From NCBI GenBank assembly GCA_963664225.1, contig OY760937.1:4224001-4288000 (forward strand): a stretch of 64,000 nucleotides of DNA, written 5' to 3'. Position 1 is the stretch's first letter, and each line of letters opens with the position of its first letter. Source of the DNA: Verrucomicrobiia bacterium (GTDB lineage Bacteria; Verrucomicrobiota; Verrucomicrobiia; Limisphaerales; UBA1319). The position numbers were made by a program, and so were the translations under genes. This document shows positions 30,146 to 39,600 of the stretch, piece after piece. The notes under the pieces are model-generated. The model made no database searches, was not told the origin of the DNA, and was given only the letters and a program-made list of their open reading frames with translations.

Positions 30146-30270
30146 ACTCCCCGATTCTGCGCTCTGGGGTGTTGGCGCATTCCCATCCCAATTAAAACAT
30201 CACTTCCCAATCCTGCGCATCCTGTCCATCCATGTAAGAACTCTTTTATTCCCGCCTGTCACCTCACGCC

Positions 30271-33200
30271 TCACCCCTTCGCGTCCACCGGGGTGGGGGC
30301 GCTGGCGCGGACGAGGGTGCCGCCGGAGGCTCCGGGCTGGATGGAGAATTTGCCGCCGATGGCATCCATCCTCTTGCGCATGCCACTGAGGCCATTGCGG
30401 GTGAGGGCCGCCTTTTCGTCCATGCCGCCCAGGCCGCAGCCGTCGTCCTCGATCTCCATGATGAACATGCCGGACTCCAGGCGCAGGCGCAGGGACACCT
30501 TCGTGGCTTTGGAGTGACGCACCACGTTGGTGATCGATTCCTTGAACGTGAGGAAATAATTATGTCGGTATTCGGGCGGAATGGTTATGGCGGGCAATTG
30601 ATCGGGAACGTCGAGCCGGCAATGAATGCCCGCCACGGAGAGGTAATCCTGGGCGTGTTTGCAGATGTAATTCACCAGGCCCTCCAGTGTGTCGTTCGAG
30701 GGGTTCACGGCCCAGACGATCTCGTCCAGGACGCGCGTGGTTTCGCGGGCGGTTTGTGAAATCTGCCGGGCATGCGCCTCCACTTCGAGCGGATGGTCCT
30801 TGTCGCACTCGGCCAGATCGCCCAGCAGGGCCACTTGAGTGAGATTGGCGCCGAGCTGGTCGTGAAGGTCCTGGGCAATGCGCGAGCGCTCTTTTTCCAG
30901 GGCCTCATGTTGCTTCAGTCGCTCGAGCTGGCGCTGCAATTTTTGGGTGGAGACGTAATGTACGATGCCAATGATGCTGCCGAGCAGGACGACGGTGGCG
31001 CCGCCCAGGAACCACCAGGTGCGCCAGAAGGGCGGGGTGACCTGCAGCATCAGGGAGCTTCCGGTGTCGTTCCAGACGCCGTCCTCGTTGCAGGCGGTGA
31101 CTTGAAAACGGAACTGGCCGGGCGGCAGTTTGCTGTAACGCGCCACATGGCTGTCTCCCGCCTCGGTCCATTCGGTTTCGTGGTTTTCCAGGCGGTATTT
31201 GAAGCGGCTTCTTTCGGGCGCGGTGAGGTTCAGACTGGTGAAATGGATTTCAATGCGTTCCTTCCCGGGGGGAACAATCACGGTTTCGGTTGATCCAGCA
31301 GTCAACCCAGCGTTCAACCCAGCGTTCAACCGGTTGGTGTTTTGGAGTTGGCCGTCGATCAGGACCGATTCGATGACGACGGGCGGGGGATAGGGGTTGG
31401 AGATGAGCTGGGCGGGATTGACCGAGACCAGGCCCTTGGTCGTTGGGAGCCAGACCCTTCCGTCGCGTCCGAGCCAGCCGCCCGGTTGGGAGCCGGTGGT
31501 GCATTCGCGCGTGGGCAGGCCATCCGGCTTCCCATATGTGCGGCAAAAGACAACACCCGAGCCGCCCCGGGCCAGGGCGTCCAGTTCGCGCCGGGCCACC
31601 CTCATGATGCCCGCATTCGAGCCCAGCCACAGAAAGCCGTGGCGATCCTCCACAATGTAGCCTATGCTGTTGCTGGCCAGGCCTTCACGCGTGGTGTAGC
31701 GGGTCCATTTGCCCTTCTCCAGACGGCCCAAACCGCCGCTGGGTCCGCCCACCCAGACGATCCCCTGGGCATCGACGAGCAGGGTGGTGACGTCCTCACT
31801 GGGCAGACCGTCCTTCTTGTGAAACACCGTGAAGTGGTTATCACGCAGGCAGTTCAATCCGCCGCCCACGGTGCCCACCCAGAGATTGCCCTCGGCGTCA
31901 TCGCCAATGGCGCGCACCTCATTCGCCGACAAACCCTCGTTCGTGGTCAGGACTTTCCAAGTCGTTCCATCCCAGCACGCCAGACCGCCCTGCGTGCCAA
32001 ACCACATCCGGCCCTGGCGATCCTGGTGAATGGCGCTGACGACCTTTTGAATGGCGGGCGGCCCATCGATGCGTTGGAAGCGGCCATCCAGCAGGCGATA
32101 CAAACCGCCGCCCCATGTGCCGGCCCAAACCTGTTTTTCGCGATTCACATACACCGACCAGACATACGCGCTGGTCAGACCCTGGTTTGCGCCAAAGCGT
32201 TCCAGGGCATTCTGTTTCCAATAAGCCAAGCCGCCGCCGTTGGAGCCGATCCACACGCCCCCATCGTCATCCTCGCAGGTGGATTGCACCGCGCCGCCGG
32301 TGGTGTTCAGCGCCACATCCACGACCTCGAAAATCTTGCGCTTCACGCGGTTCAGCCCGCCGCCGTCCGTGCCCACCCAGAGCGTATTCTCGCGATCCAC
32401 ACTCAGCGACAGGACCACATCATGCGAAAGGCCCTGACTGGTGTTGATCCACGACGCCTTGCCCTCATCATCAAACCAGTACACGCCCACGCCCAGGGTC
32501 CCGACCACCAGGTGGCCATTGCGGTCCTCGCACGCGGCGGAAACGGGTGCGCGGCCCCAGGGATAAGGCCCCAGGTCGCGTTCCATGCCGTTGGTTGACC
32601 AGAGCTGAACGTGTTGGTCCGCCAGCCGCCAATAACCGCCATTCGTGCGGGAACTGGCCACCAGATAATCCACTTTTTGCACGGGTTCCTCCCGGGCGAC
32701 AGGCAGTTCCAGCGTGCCGGAGGGCAGGGGTTGTTTCACCGCGCACAACCTCCAGTCCACGCCGATCCAGACCTGACCGGTGCGTTCGCAAATGATCGAG
32801 CGGCAGTTGCTCGGGCGGTTCTGGCCGACTAAAAGAACATCGAAACGGCCTGCGGCATAGCGCCAGAGCTGGCCATCCGCCGTGTAAAGCCACACCCCGC
32901 CCGTGGTGTCCTCGCAGGCGGACATGAGGCGCGACTCGGAGCCGCCCTGGCCCACTCCGGGCGAGAAGACCAGGCCGTCCTTGATGCGCTGGATGCCCGC
33001 AGACTCGGTTCCCACCCAAAGACCGCCCGTGGAGTCCTCGAAAATTTTGACGATGCGGCCACTGTTCAATCCGGGGGTGTTGCTTTCATCGAAAATCGAG
33101 AAGCGCTGGCCGTCGAAGCGCACCAAGCCGTTGAGCGTGCCCAGCCATAGATAGCCATCGCGCGCCTGAATAATGGAGGTGACCGAGTTTTGCGGCAGGC

Positions 33201-33402
33201 CGTCGTCGGTCGTCCAATTGTCGATGATGTAGGGGCTGTTGGCCCTCAGGCCCGTCGTGGAGGCCGCCTGCAGATGGGAGGCGCTCAGGCTGGCCAGAAG
33301 CCATAGCGCAATCAGAACACAGAAGCCGCGAAATGCCTGAATCAAAACTCCACGGGATTCCGCAGCGTGGGAATTGCAGTTTTTAGACAGGCGCTTAGGC
33401 AT
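30271..33402 (-). CDS. Sensor histidine kinase: Reg_prop beta-propellers + Y_Y_Y + TM + HisKA_3 + HATPase
   Basis: Repeated DxxGxLWxGT, YSKLPPGQFRF, PPFWRTWWF, ERSRIAQDLHD, ESITNVVRHS and DDGCG. Confidence 0.95.
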   Translation of the reverse strand: MPKRLSKNCNSHAAESRGVLIQAFRGFCVLIALWLLASLSASHLQAASTTGLRANSPYIIDNWTTDDGLPQNSVTSIIQARDGYLWLGTLNGLVRFDGQRFSIFDESNTPGLNSGRIVKIFEDSTGGLWVGTESAGIQRIKDGLVFSPGVGQGGSESRLMSACEDTTGGVWLYTADGQLWRYAAGRFDVLLVGQNRPSNCRSIICERTGQVWIGVDWRLCAVKQPLPSGTLELPVAREEPVQKVDYLVASSRTNGGYWRLADQHVQLWSTNGMERDLGPYPWGRAPVSAACEDRNGHLVVGTLGVGVYWFDDEGKASWINTSQGLSHDVVLSLSVDRENTLWVGTDGGGLNRVKRKIFEVVDVALNTTGGAVQSTCEDDDGGVWIGSNGGGLAYWKQNALERFGANQGLTSAYVWSVYVNREKQVWAGTWGGGLYRLLDGRFQRIDGPPAIQKVVSAIHQDRQGRMWFGTQGGLACWDGTTWKVLTTNEGLSANEVRAIGDDAEGNLWVGTVGGGLNCLRDNHFTVFHKKDGLPSEDVTTLLVDAQGIVWVGGPSGGLGRLEKGKWTRYTTREGLASNSIGYIVEDRHGFLWLGSNAGIMRVARRELDALARGGSGVVFCRTYGKPDGLPTRECTTGSQPGGWLGRDGRVWLPTTKGLVSVNPAQLISNPYPPPVVIESVLIDGQLQNTNRLNAGLNAGLTAGSTETVIVPPGKERIEIHFTSLNLTAPERSRFKYRLENHETEWTEAGDSHVARYSKLPPGQFRFQVTACNEDGVWNDTGSSLMLQVTPPFWRTWWFLGGATVVLLGSIIGIVHYVSTQKLQRQLERLKQHEALEKERSRIAQDLHDQLGANLTQVALLGDLAECDKDHPLEVEAHARQISQTARETTRVLDEIVWAVNPSNDTLEGLVNYICKHAQDYLSVAGIHCRLDVPDQLPAITIPPEYRHNYFLTFKESITNVVRHSKATKVSLRLRLESGMFIMEIEDDGCGLGGMDEKAALTRNGLSGMRKRMDAIGGKFSIQPGASGGTLVRASAPTPVDAKG

Positions 33403-33580
33403 GAAGCATTTTTCCCGCGTCACGGTGACGGTGTAAAGGTATTTATTGGGGGATGAAGGGGCGGGCCGTGTACAGCTATTCGCGAAAAAATGCCGTAGGA
33501 TGGATCTGGCAATTTCACTTTTCCAAAACGGATTGGTCCTCCAGAATGGGCACGGCCGTGCATTACACGCAAACAAATCG

Positions 33581-33913
33581 ATGACCCGGGGCGAATATCA
33601 ACAACGCATGCGGAGGCTGCGGTGGGAACGCCTTCTGACTGGCGTGGTGCTGGGGGCGTTGTGGCTGCTGGCGGTGACCGGCATTGCCTCGGAACGGGTT
33701 GCGGGAGGAGGACATCGGTGGGTGGTTGCGGGTGTGGCGGTGGTTGGGTTGATGGGTGCGTATGGATTATGGGCCATCTGGATCGCCCGGGCGGTAAAAA
33801 AGAATGACCTGCTTTGCCCGAATTGCTGCCGTTCGCTGGGTGGAAAACCGGCTTTCCCTGGGGAGGAGTTGCGCTGTCCCCACTGCGGAATTTCCATTTT
33901 TTCCAAGTCTTGA
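33581..33913 (+). CDS. Small two-TM protein with C-terminal zinc-ribbon-like motif
   Basis: Two hydrophobic helices, then CPNC...CPHCG. Confidence 0.6.
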   Translation: MTRGEYQQRMRRLRWERLLTGVVLGALWLLAVTGIASERVAGGGHRWVVAGVAVVGLMGAYGLWAIWIARAVKKNDLLCPNCCRSLGGKPAFPGEELRCPHCGISIFSKS

Positions 33914-33971
33914 TCCGTGGTCGGACGCGAAAACGGCGTTACACGATTTTTGAACACCTTCCGAGGGTGAC

Positions 33972-33999
33972 TTGACACTCTGAGCGGCTATGAGAAAAT
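33972..33999 (+). promoter_or_regulatory. Possible sigma70 promoter of the TPR-mtnA unit
   Basis: TTGACA-N16-GAAAAT with upstream TG. Confidence 0.4.
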
Positions 34000-34014
34000 G
34001 ACGCGTCTAGTTGT

Positions 34015-34431
34015 ATGGCGAAAAATAGTTCAAGAGATGTAAGATTGAGCCGAAATGAACGGCGAAACCTGGATGTGGAAATCAGCTTCGTCGAAGGGGT
34101 GATCCGTCGCGATCCCCAATTCGTCGAGGCGTTGCGCATTCTGGGCGACGATTACACCCGGCGGGGCCGGTTTGTGGACGGGTTGAAAGTGGACGAGCAG
34201 TTGATCCAGTTGCGTCCTGACGATTCGCTGGCCCATTACAACCTGGCGTGCAGCTACGCGCTGACGGACCGGTTCGTGCAGGCGGCGTCCACGCTCGAAA
34301 AAGCCATTATATTGGGCTACAACGACTTCAGATGGCTGATGCGCGATCCTGATTTGAAGGAATTTCGCAAGCATCCCTTGTTTGTGCCGATCCGGAAACG
34401 CATCAAAGCCAGTCAGGTCAAAATCCGTTAA
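34015..34431 (+). CDS. TPR-like protein
   Basis: LGDDYTRRG, PDDSLAHYNLACSYAL and DPDL motif. Confidence 0.8.
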   Translation: MAKNSSRDVRLSRNERRNLDVEISFVEGVIRRDPQFVEALRILGDDYTRRGRFVDGLKVDEQLIQLRPDDSLAHYNLACSYALTDRFVQAASTLEKAIILGYNDFRWLMRDPDLKEFRKHPLFVPIRKRIKASQVKIR

Positions 34432-34442
34432 CCGGACAATTC

Positions 34443-35555
34443 ATGAACGTTACGATCGGCGGAAACACCAGGCACTACCGAACTGTCGATTTCAACGTTT
34501 CCGATAACGCCGTGATGCTCATCGAGCAGCGGCTGCTTCCGCACGAGTTCCGCATTGTGGCGATTCCCGACTACGAGCAAACCGCCCTAGCGATTCGTGA
34601 CATGGTGGTGCGCGGAGCGGGGGCCATTGGGGCGACGGCGGCTTATGGACTGGCACAGGGGGTCCGGGCGTTCCAAGGCACTGACCCCGAGGCGTTTCAG
34701 GCGCATCTGGAGGCGGTATATCAGACTTTGAAAAATGCGCGGCCCACGGCGGTGGATCCGGTCAATGCGATGGACCAGGTGCGGTCGGCCATGGCGGGGA
34801 AGGACACGGTGGCGGGATGGCAGGAGCGCGCGCTAAAGGCCGCACATGCGTTTGCGGAAGAGGATGTTGTGCATTGCGCGGCCATTGGAAAACAGGGTGC
34901 CTCCCTGATCCAAGAGGGCGCGACCGTTCTGACACACTGCAACGCGGGTTGGCTGGCGTTCGTGGATATCGGCTCGGCCACAGCCCCCATTTACGAGGCG
35001 CAGGCGCAGGGGCGGAAATTTCATGTTTTCTGCGACGAAACGCGTCCACGATCGCAGGGTGCGACACTGACCGCGTGGGAACTGGCGCAGCAAGGCGTTT
35101 CACACCAGATACTTGCGGACAATGCGGCAGGGCATTTCATGCAGCGCGGAGCCATCTCGATGGTGATCACGGGGAGCGACCGGGTGATCGGCCGGACGGG
35201 GGATGTGGCCAACAAGATCGGAACCTATACGAAAGCCGTTCTGGCGAAACGACATGGGATTCCGTTTTACGTGGCCATTCCGCTGTCCACGGTTGACTGG
35301 CGGTTGACCGGAGGCATGGAAATACCGATCGAGGAACGTGGCGAAGAGGAAGTGCTGGGGGCCTGGGGTGTGAATGCACAGGGGAAATACGAGTGGGTGC
35401 GGGTGGCCAATCCCACGAGCCATGCGCGGAATCCTGGATTCGATGTGACCCCGGCGGAATTGATCACTGGGATCATCACGCCCGAGGGAATCTTCAAGCC
35501 CGGCGATCTCTGGAAAAACCGCCGACTCCTGGGTTGCCCGGAGACTGTGGCGTAG
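34443..35555 (+). CDS. mtnA: S-methyl-5-thioribose-1-phosphate isomerase
   Basis: MVVRGAGAIG, ARPTAV, THCNAG, DETRP...QG, DVANKIGTY and NPGFDVTP. Confidence 0.95.
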   Translation: MNVTIGGNTRHYRTVDFNVSDNAVMLIEQRLLPHEFRIVAIPDYEQTALAIRDMVVRGAGAIGATAAYGLAQGVRAFQGTDPEAFQAHLEAVYQTLKNARPTAVDPVNAMDQVRSAMAGKDTVAGWQERALKAAHAFAEEDVVHCAAIGKQGASLIQEGATVLTHCNAGWLAFVDIGSATAPIYEAQAQGRKFHVFCDETRPRSQGATLTAWELAQQGVSHQILADNAAGHFMQRGAISMVITGSDRVIGRTGDVANKIGTYTKAVLAKRHGIPFYVAIPLSTVDWRLTGGMEIPIEERGEEEVLGAWGVNAQGKYEWVRVANPTSHARNPGFDVTPAELITGIITPEGIFKPGDLWKNRRLLGCPETVA

Positions 35556-35614
35556 CGCGTTTACCGTTTGCGGGATTTGGAAGAACCGCGCAGAAGGTGG
35601 TATGCTGGGGCATT

Positions 35615-35896
35615 ATGACAAAACTAACCCAGGCACAAATCGAAACGGCGCTGGCGGGCCTGCCGGACTGGAAACAAACCGGGCACACGATCCGGCGCAC
35701 TTACACTTTCGAGGATTTCAACGGGGCATTAAAATTTGTCAACGCGGTTGGCAAACTCGCCGAAAAGGCCGGACATCACCCCGATATCGACATTCGCTGG
35801 AACAAGGTCACGCTGTCGTTGACCACGCATAGCGAAGGGGGTTTGACAGCCAATGACCCCAAATTGGCGGCGGAATGCGACCGGGTGAAAATGTGA
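35615..35896 (+). CDS. phhB: Pterin-4-alpha-carbinolamine dehydratase
   Basis: AEKAGHHPDIDIRW...LTTHSEGGLT. Confidence 0.93.
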   Translation: MTKLTQAQIETALAGLPDWKQTGHTIRRTYTFEDFNGALKFVNAVGKLAEKAGHHPDIDIRWNKVTLSLTTHSEGGLTANDPKLAAECDRVKM

Positions 35897-35939
35897 ACCG
35901 GCGAAAAAGTGGGCATTATCGATGTCGATACTGATGCGC

Positions 35940-36557
35940 CTATGGCTCCAGATAGGGCGCGGCACCGGGCAATGTCGCCAGGGTGCCCAGACCGCCGGTC
36001 AGATTATAGACCTCCATAAAACCCAAGGCCTTCATTTTGGTTGCCGTCTGCCCGCTACGGGACCCGGAGCCGCAATAGACCAGCCAGGCTTTATTGCGAT
36101 CCAGCGTGGCCAGGTTTGAGTCGAAGGTGGCGCCGTAAAAATCCAGGTTGAGGGCTGTTTTAATGTGACGCTGGGCATACTCGGAGGCGGTGCGCACATC
36201 CAGGATGGCGAAATTGGTCTGGCCAAAGCGACTCTGCAATAAGGTCAACACTGCGGCAGCGGAATAATTCGTCACCACCTGAACCGGGGGCTTGACGGCC
36301 ACAACCCGGTAAAACATGGGCACCTTGACTTCCATGACTGTGTTGGTGGCGACCAGATTTGTTAGTCCCTGCCATGTGCTTTGCCAGGGGCCTTCGGGCG
36401 CCGACGCCCACTCCACCCGGCAGGTCCAATTCAGCGAGCTATTGGTCCATGCGAGCGTGCCGTTGCGGTCAAGCGATTGGATTGCGATCTCGTCTGCACG
36501 GGCAGTGAAACTTGCGGCCAAGAGGGCCATTAGACTTAGCAAAAACCATTGTTTCAT
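35940..36557 (-). CDS. Exported rhodanese-like protein
   Basis: Signal peptide, ILDVRTASEY...HIK and active-site loop YCGSGSRS. Confidence 0.88.
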   Translation of the reverse strand: MKQWFLLSLMALLAASFTARADEIAIQSLDRNGTLAWTNSSLNWTCRVEWASAPEGPWQSTWQGLTNLVATNTVMEVKVPMFYRVVAVKPPVQVVTNYSAAAVLTLLQSRFGQTNFAILDVRTASEYAQRHIKTALNLDFYGATFDSNLATLDRNKAWLVYCGSGSRSGQTATKMKALGFMEVYNLTGGLGTLATLPGAAPYLEP

Positions 36558-36564
36558 AATCAAT

Positions 36565-36599
36565 AAAAAAGGGACCAGACAATTGCCTGGTCCCTTTTT
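36565..36599. terminator. Intrinsic terminator (bidirectional form)
   Basis: A6-GGGACCAG-8-CTGGTCCC-T5, just after the GH106 stop. Confidence 0.85.
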
Positions 36600-36608
36600 G
36601 CTAATTTG

Positions 36609-39600
36609 TTACTTCACTGGTGACTGCACCAAAGTTCTGAAGACCACCGGACCAATGAGGCCCGAGGGTTGCAGGAGCGAGTCCTTGTGCCAGTGCTTCC
36701 AGGTGGTGAAGGTCACGCGCTGGGGCACGGGACGGGGCTCGCCTTTGACCAACCAATCAGGCCAGCGCTTGATGGTGATGCCGTTCCATTCGCAATCGTC
36801 GGGATACTGCTCGTCGCCGATCAGGCGGTTAGGCCAGAGGTTGGTCACGCGCACCTCGAGTTCGTTGTCCCCCGGCTTGGCAGCGTCCGTCACATCGATC
36901 CGGAATGGGGCTTTCCAGAGAATCCCGAGATCCTTGCCATTAAGCCCGACCTCGGCAATCACCTGCACGCGGCCCAGGTCGAGCTGGAGAATGCGGTTGG
37001 CGCCCAGGTTTTCAGCGGGGATGTTGACCGTCTTGCGATAGACCGCGGTGCCGGAGAAATACTTGATTCCCGCATCGGCATTTTCCGGCCATGAGATCAA
37101 CTGGGCCAGTGTGGCCTGCGCAGGCGCACCCCGACCTGCCTGGAACGACACGGGCCAGGGCCCGGTGACTTCGATCGATTTGGGTATCGATGCAATTTCC
37201 ACGGTCTTCTCCTGACCCGAGGTGGTGCTGAAGGTGTAGGTTCCCGCTTCGGCGGCCGCCAGAACCACATTGCCTTGGGCCATCGAAACACGCGGCCCGG
37301 GCGGCAGCAGGGCCCAGGCGTCATCGGGCAGACGCAGCTCCTGGTTTTCCTGCACGCTCACCTGTTGGGCGACGCCGTCGATGGTGTAATCGACCCGCAG
37401 TTCCTTGGGCACCATGAAGGCGGGATCGCCGCCCGCCAGTTCGTTATCCGCGCGCGCGGCCAGCATCTCGTCCTGAACACGGCCCGCCAGCTTATCGGTG
37501 ACATCAACCACTTTGAGGGTCGGCAAACCTTTCAGGCTTTCGAAGAAATGGCCATAAAAGGCACGGAGAATCTGCACCGGGCCGGTCTCACCTTTGCCCG
37601 GCAACTCCAGGAAGTTTTTCTCCGCGACGGTTACCAGATTCGTCTTTCCACCGCAGACATACTCCACGCGCATTTCCTTGACGACATTTGCGGCGGGATC
37701 GCCACCGAGTTCATTCGAGGCGGCCACGCGCACCCGTCCGTTCCTGACCTGCCCGGCAACCTTGGCGGTGACATCCACCAAACCACTCTTGCCGAGCGAG
37801 AACGCACCGTACTGAGCGCGGCGAATGACCAGCTTGGGCAGATGGCGGGCTGACGCTGCCGATGGTTTGTAAGTGAGTTTAACGAGCGCATCGTTTTGCG
37901 TGGCAGCTTTCTTGCCGAACACCACGAACACCGAGCCCGCCTGCTCCAGACTCAATGTCACCATGGTTTGATCGCCTGCCACACGCCACAGAGGCGCGGG
38001 CTGCATCTGGCCGGTTTCCGCATCCCACAACTCGGGAAGTTTCCCGGTGACCCGGAACGCACACTCGACGGACTCTGGACGGGCCTTTTGATTGGAAACA
38101 AAATAAACGTCCGCATCATCCACGATGCGGTGAATGAATGCCAGACGCGCGCCCTTGTCGACGGCGATGAAATCCGGCTTCACGCTCATTGCCGCAAGGA
38201 CCTCCTCCACCGGGCGGTTGGGAATGACTTTGCCTTTGCCGAACGCATGCTCCTCCGTCCCGCCGCCCCAGACTTCATTGGCGATTTTGGCGACCTCGGC
38301 ATCCGCCTTGGGGTAATCAGAAAGGCTGGGTGACTTCGCGGGTTTGGGAGCGATGATCGTGGCCCCGGCATTCGCCAAATCACGCACAATGCTCGCCAGG
38401 CGGGGAGTCATCCATGTGGTGTTCGGCAAAACCAATACGCGATATGCGCCGCCAACGGGCGTCATGATCATCCCGTCTTTCACCGTCAGCGAACCGATCA
38501 GGTCCGTGCCAATCGCATCGTAGTCGTAGCCTTTGGCCTTGAGATCAGGCCGATGAACGCCGCCGTTGGGGGCCGATTCGCCACCGAAAAACAGGACGTC
38601 GGCCGTGGGGCGACCCTGCTGCAAAATAGTCTGTCCGCGGGTCACGTAGGAATACCAGGCGCGGGACTGTTCCCACCAGGTATTGAAGCGTCCAAAATGC
38701 GTGCCCCATTGGCCCATGGTCATGCCCGGGACCTTATCCATCCACGGCTGGAGCGCGTAGCAATGGAAGATGAAGCGATTGAGACCCTGGCTCCAGGTCA
38801 GGTCGCCCAAGGCCTTGAGTGAGCCCGGATGATTCAGCCACTTGCCATTTTCCGGGTCCGCCGTGAACGATTCCGCGCCGACTATATTGATGCCGTGGGT
38901 ATGGGCCACCTGGGCCGCCAGCGAAACCGAACTGGATTCGCCGCCACCCGCCCAGAATTCGCCCATCACGATATCCGTTTTGGCGGCCACCTGGAGGCAC
39001 TCGAACGGCCCGTCGTAGGGTTCCATCGAGGCCATCAGGCCGTTCTTGCGGCAGAGTTCGCTGAAGTAGAAATAGTAGTTCTCCGCAAAGAGATCGCCAA
39101 TGGTGCGGCGAAAATCCCAGAGGAAACGCTCCGTGGTTTCCCCGCTGTCCACATACCGACCGCTGAGCGCGGGCAGGAAAGGAATCGGATCGTAACCGCG
39201 ACGCTTCATGAATTCCTCACGAAACTTGGGCGTCCAGTTGTTGCAGCCCACTTCGTAGCTGTCGATCAGGGAACCATTGACCGATTTGCCGGCCAGCGGC
39301 CCGAGCTTCTTGAGGATGGGATCGATTCCGTCCGCCCAGTGGGCGTCCATGGCCTCGCGGCTCATCTTGTCGATCTCCAGGCCCCGTCCGGCATCCGGCG
39401 CGGGAGCGTTCTCCTTGCCCGTGGGAGTGTGCCCGACTCTCAGGATCGTCCAGTCGCCCGCCGGCGCGTCCCAGGTCAACTCTCCGCCCGCACCGAGTTT
39501 CGAGGTGAGGTCGATAATGCGATCACGCGGCACCACGGCATCGGCCGAAATTGCCTTGGCATCCGGCTGCATCCCGTATTCGTATGCGAAACCGAACAAC

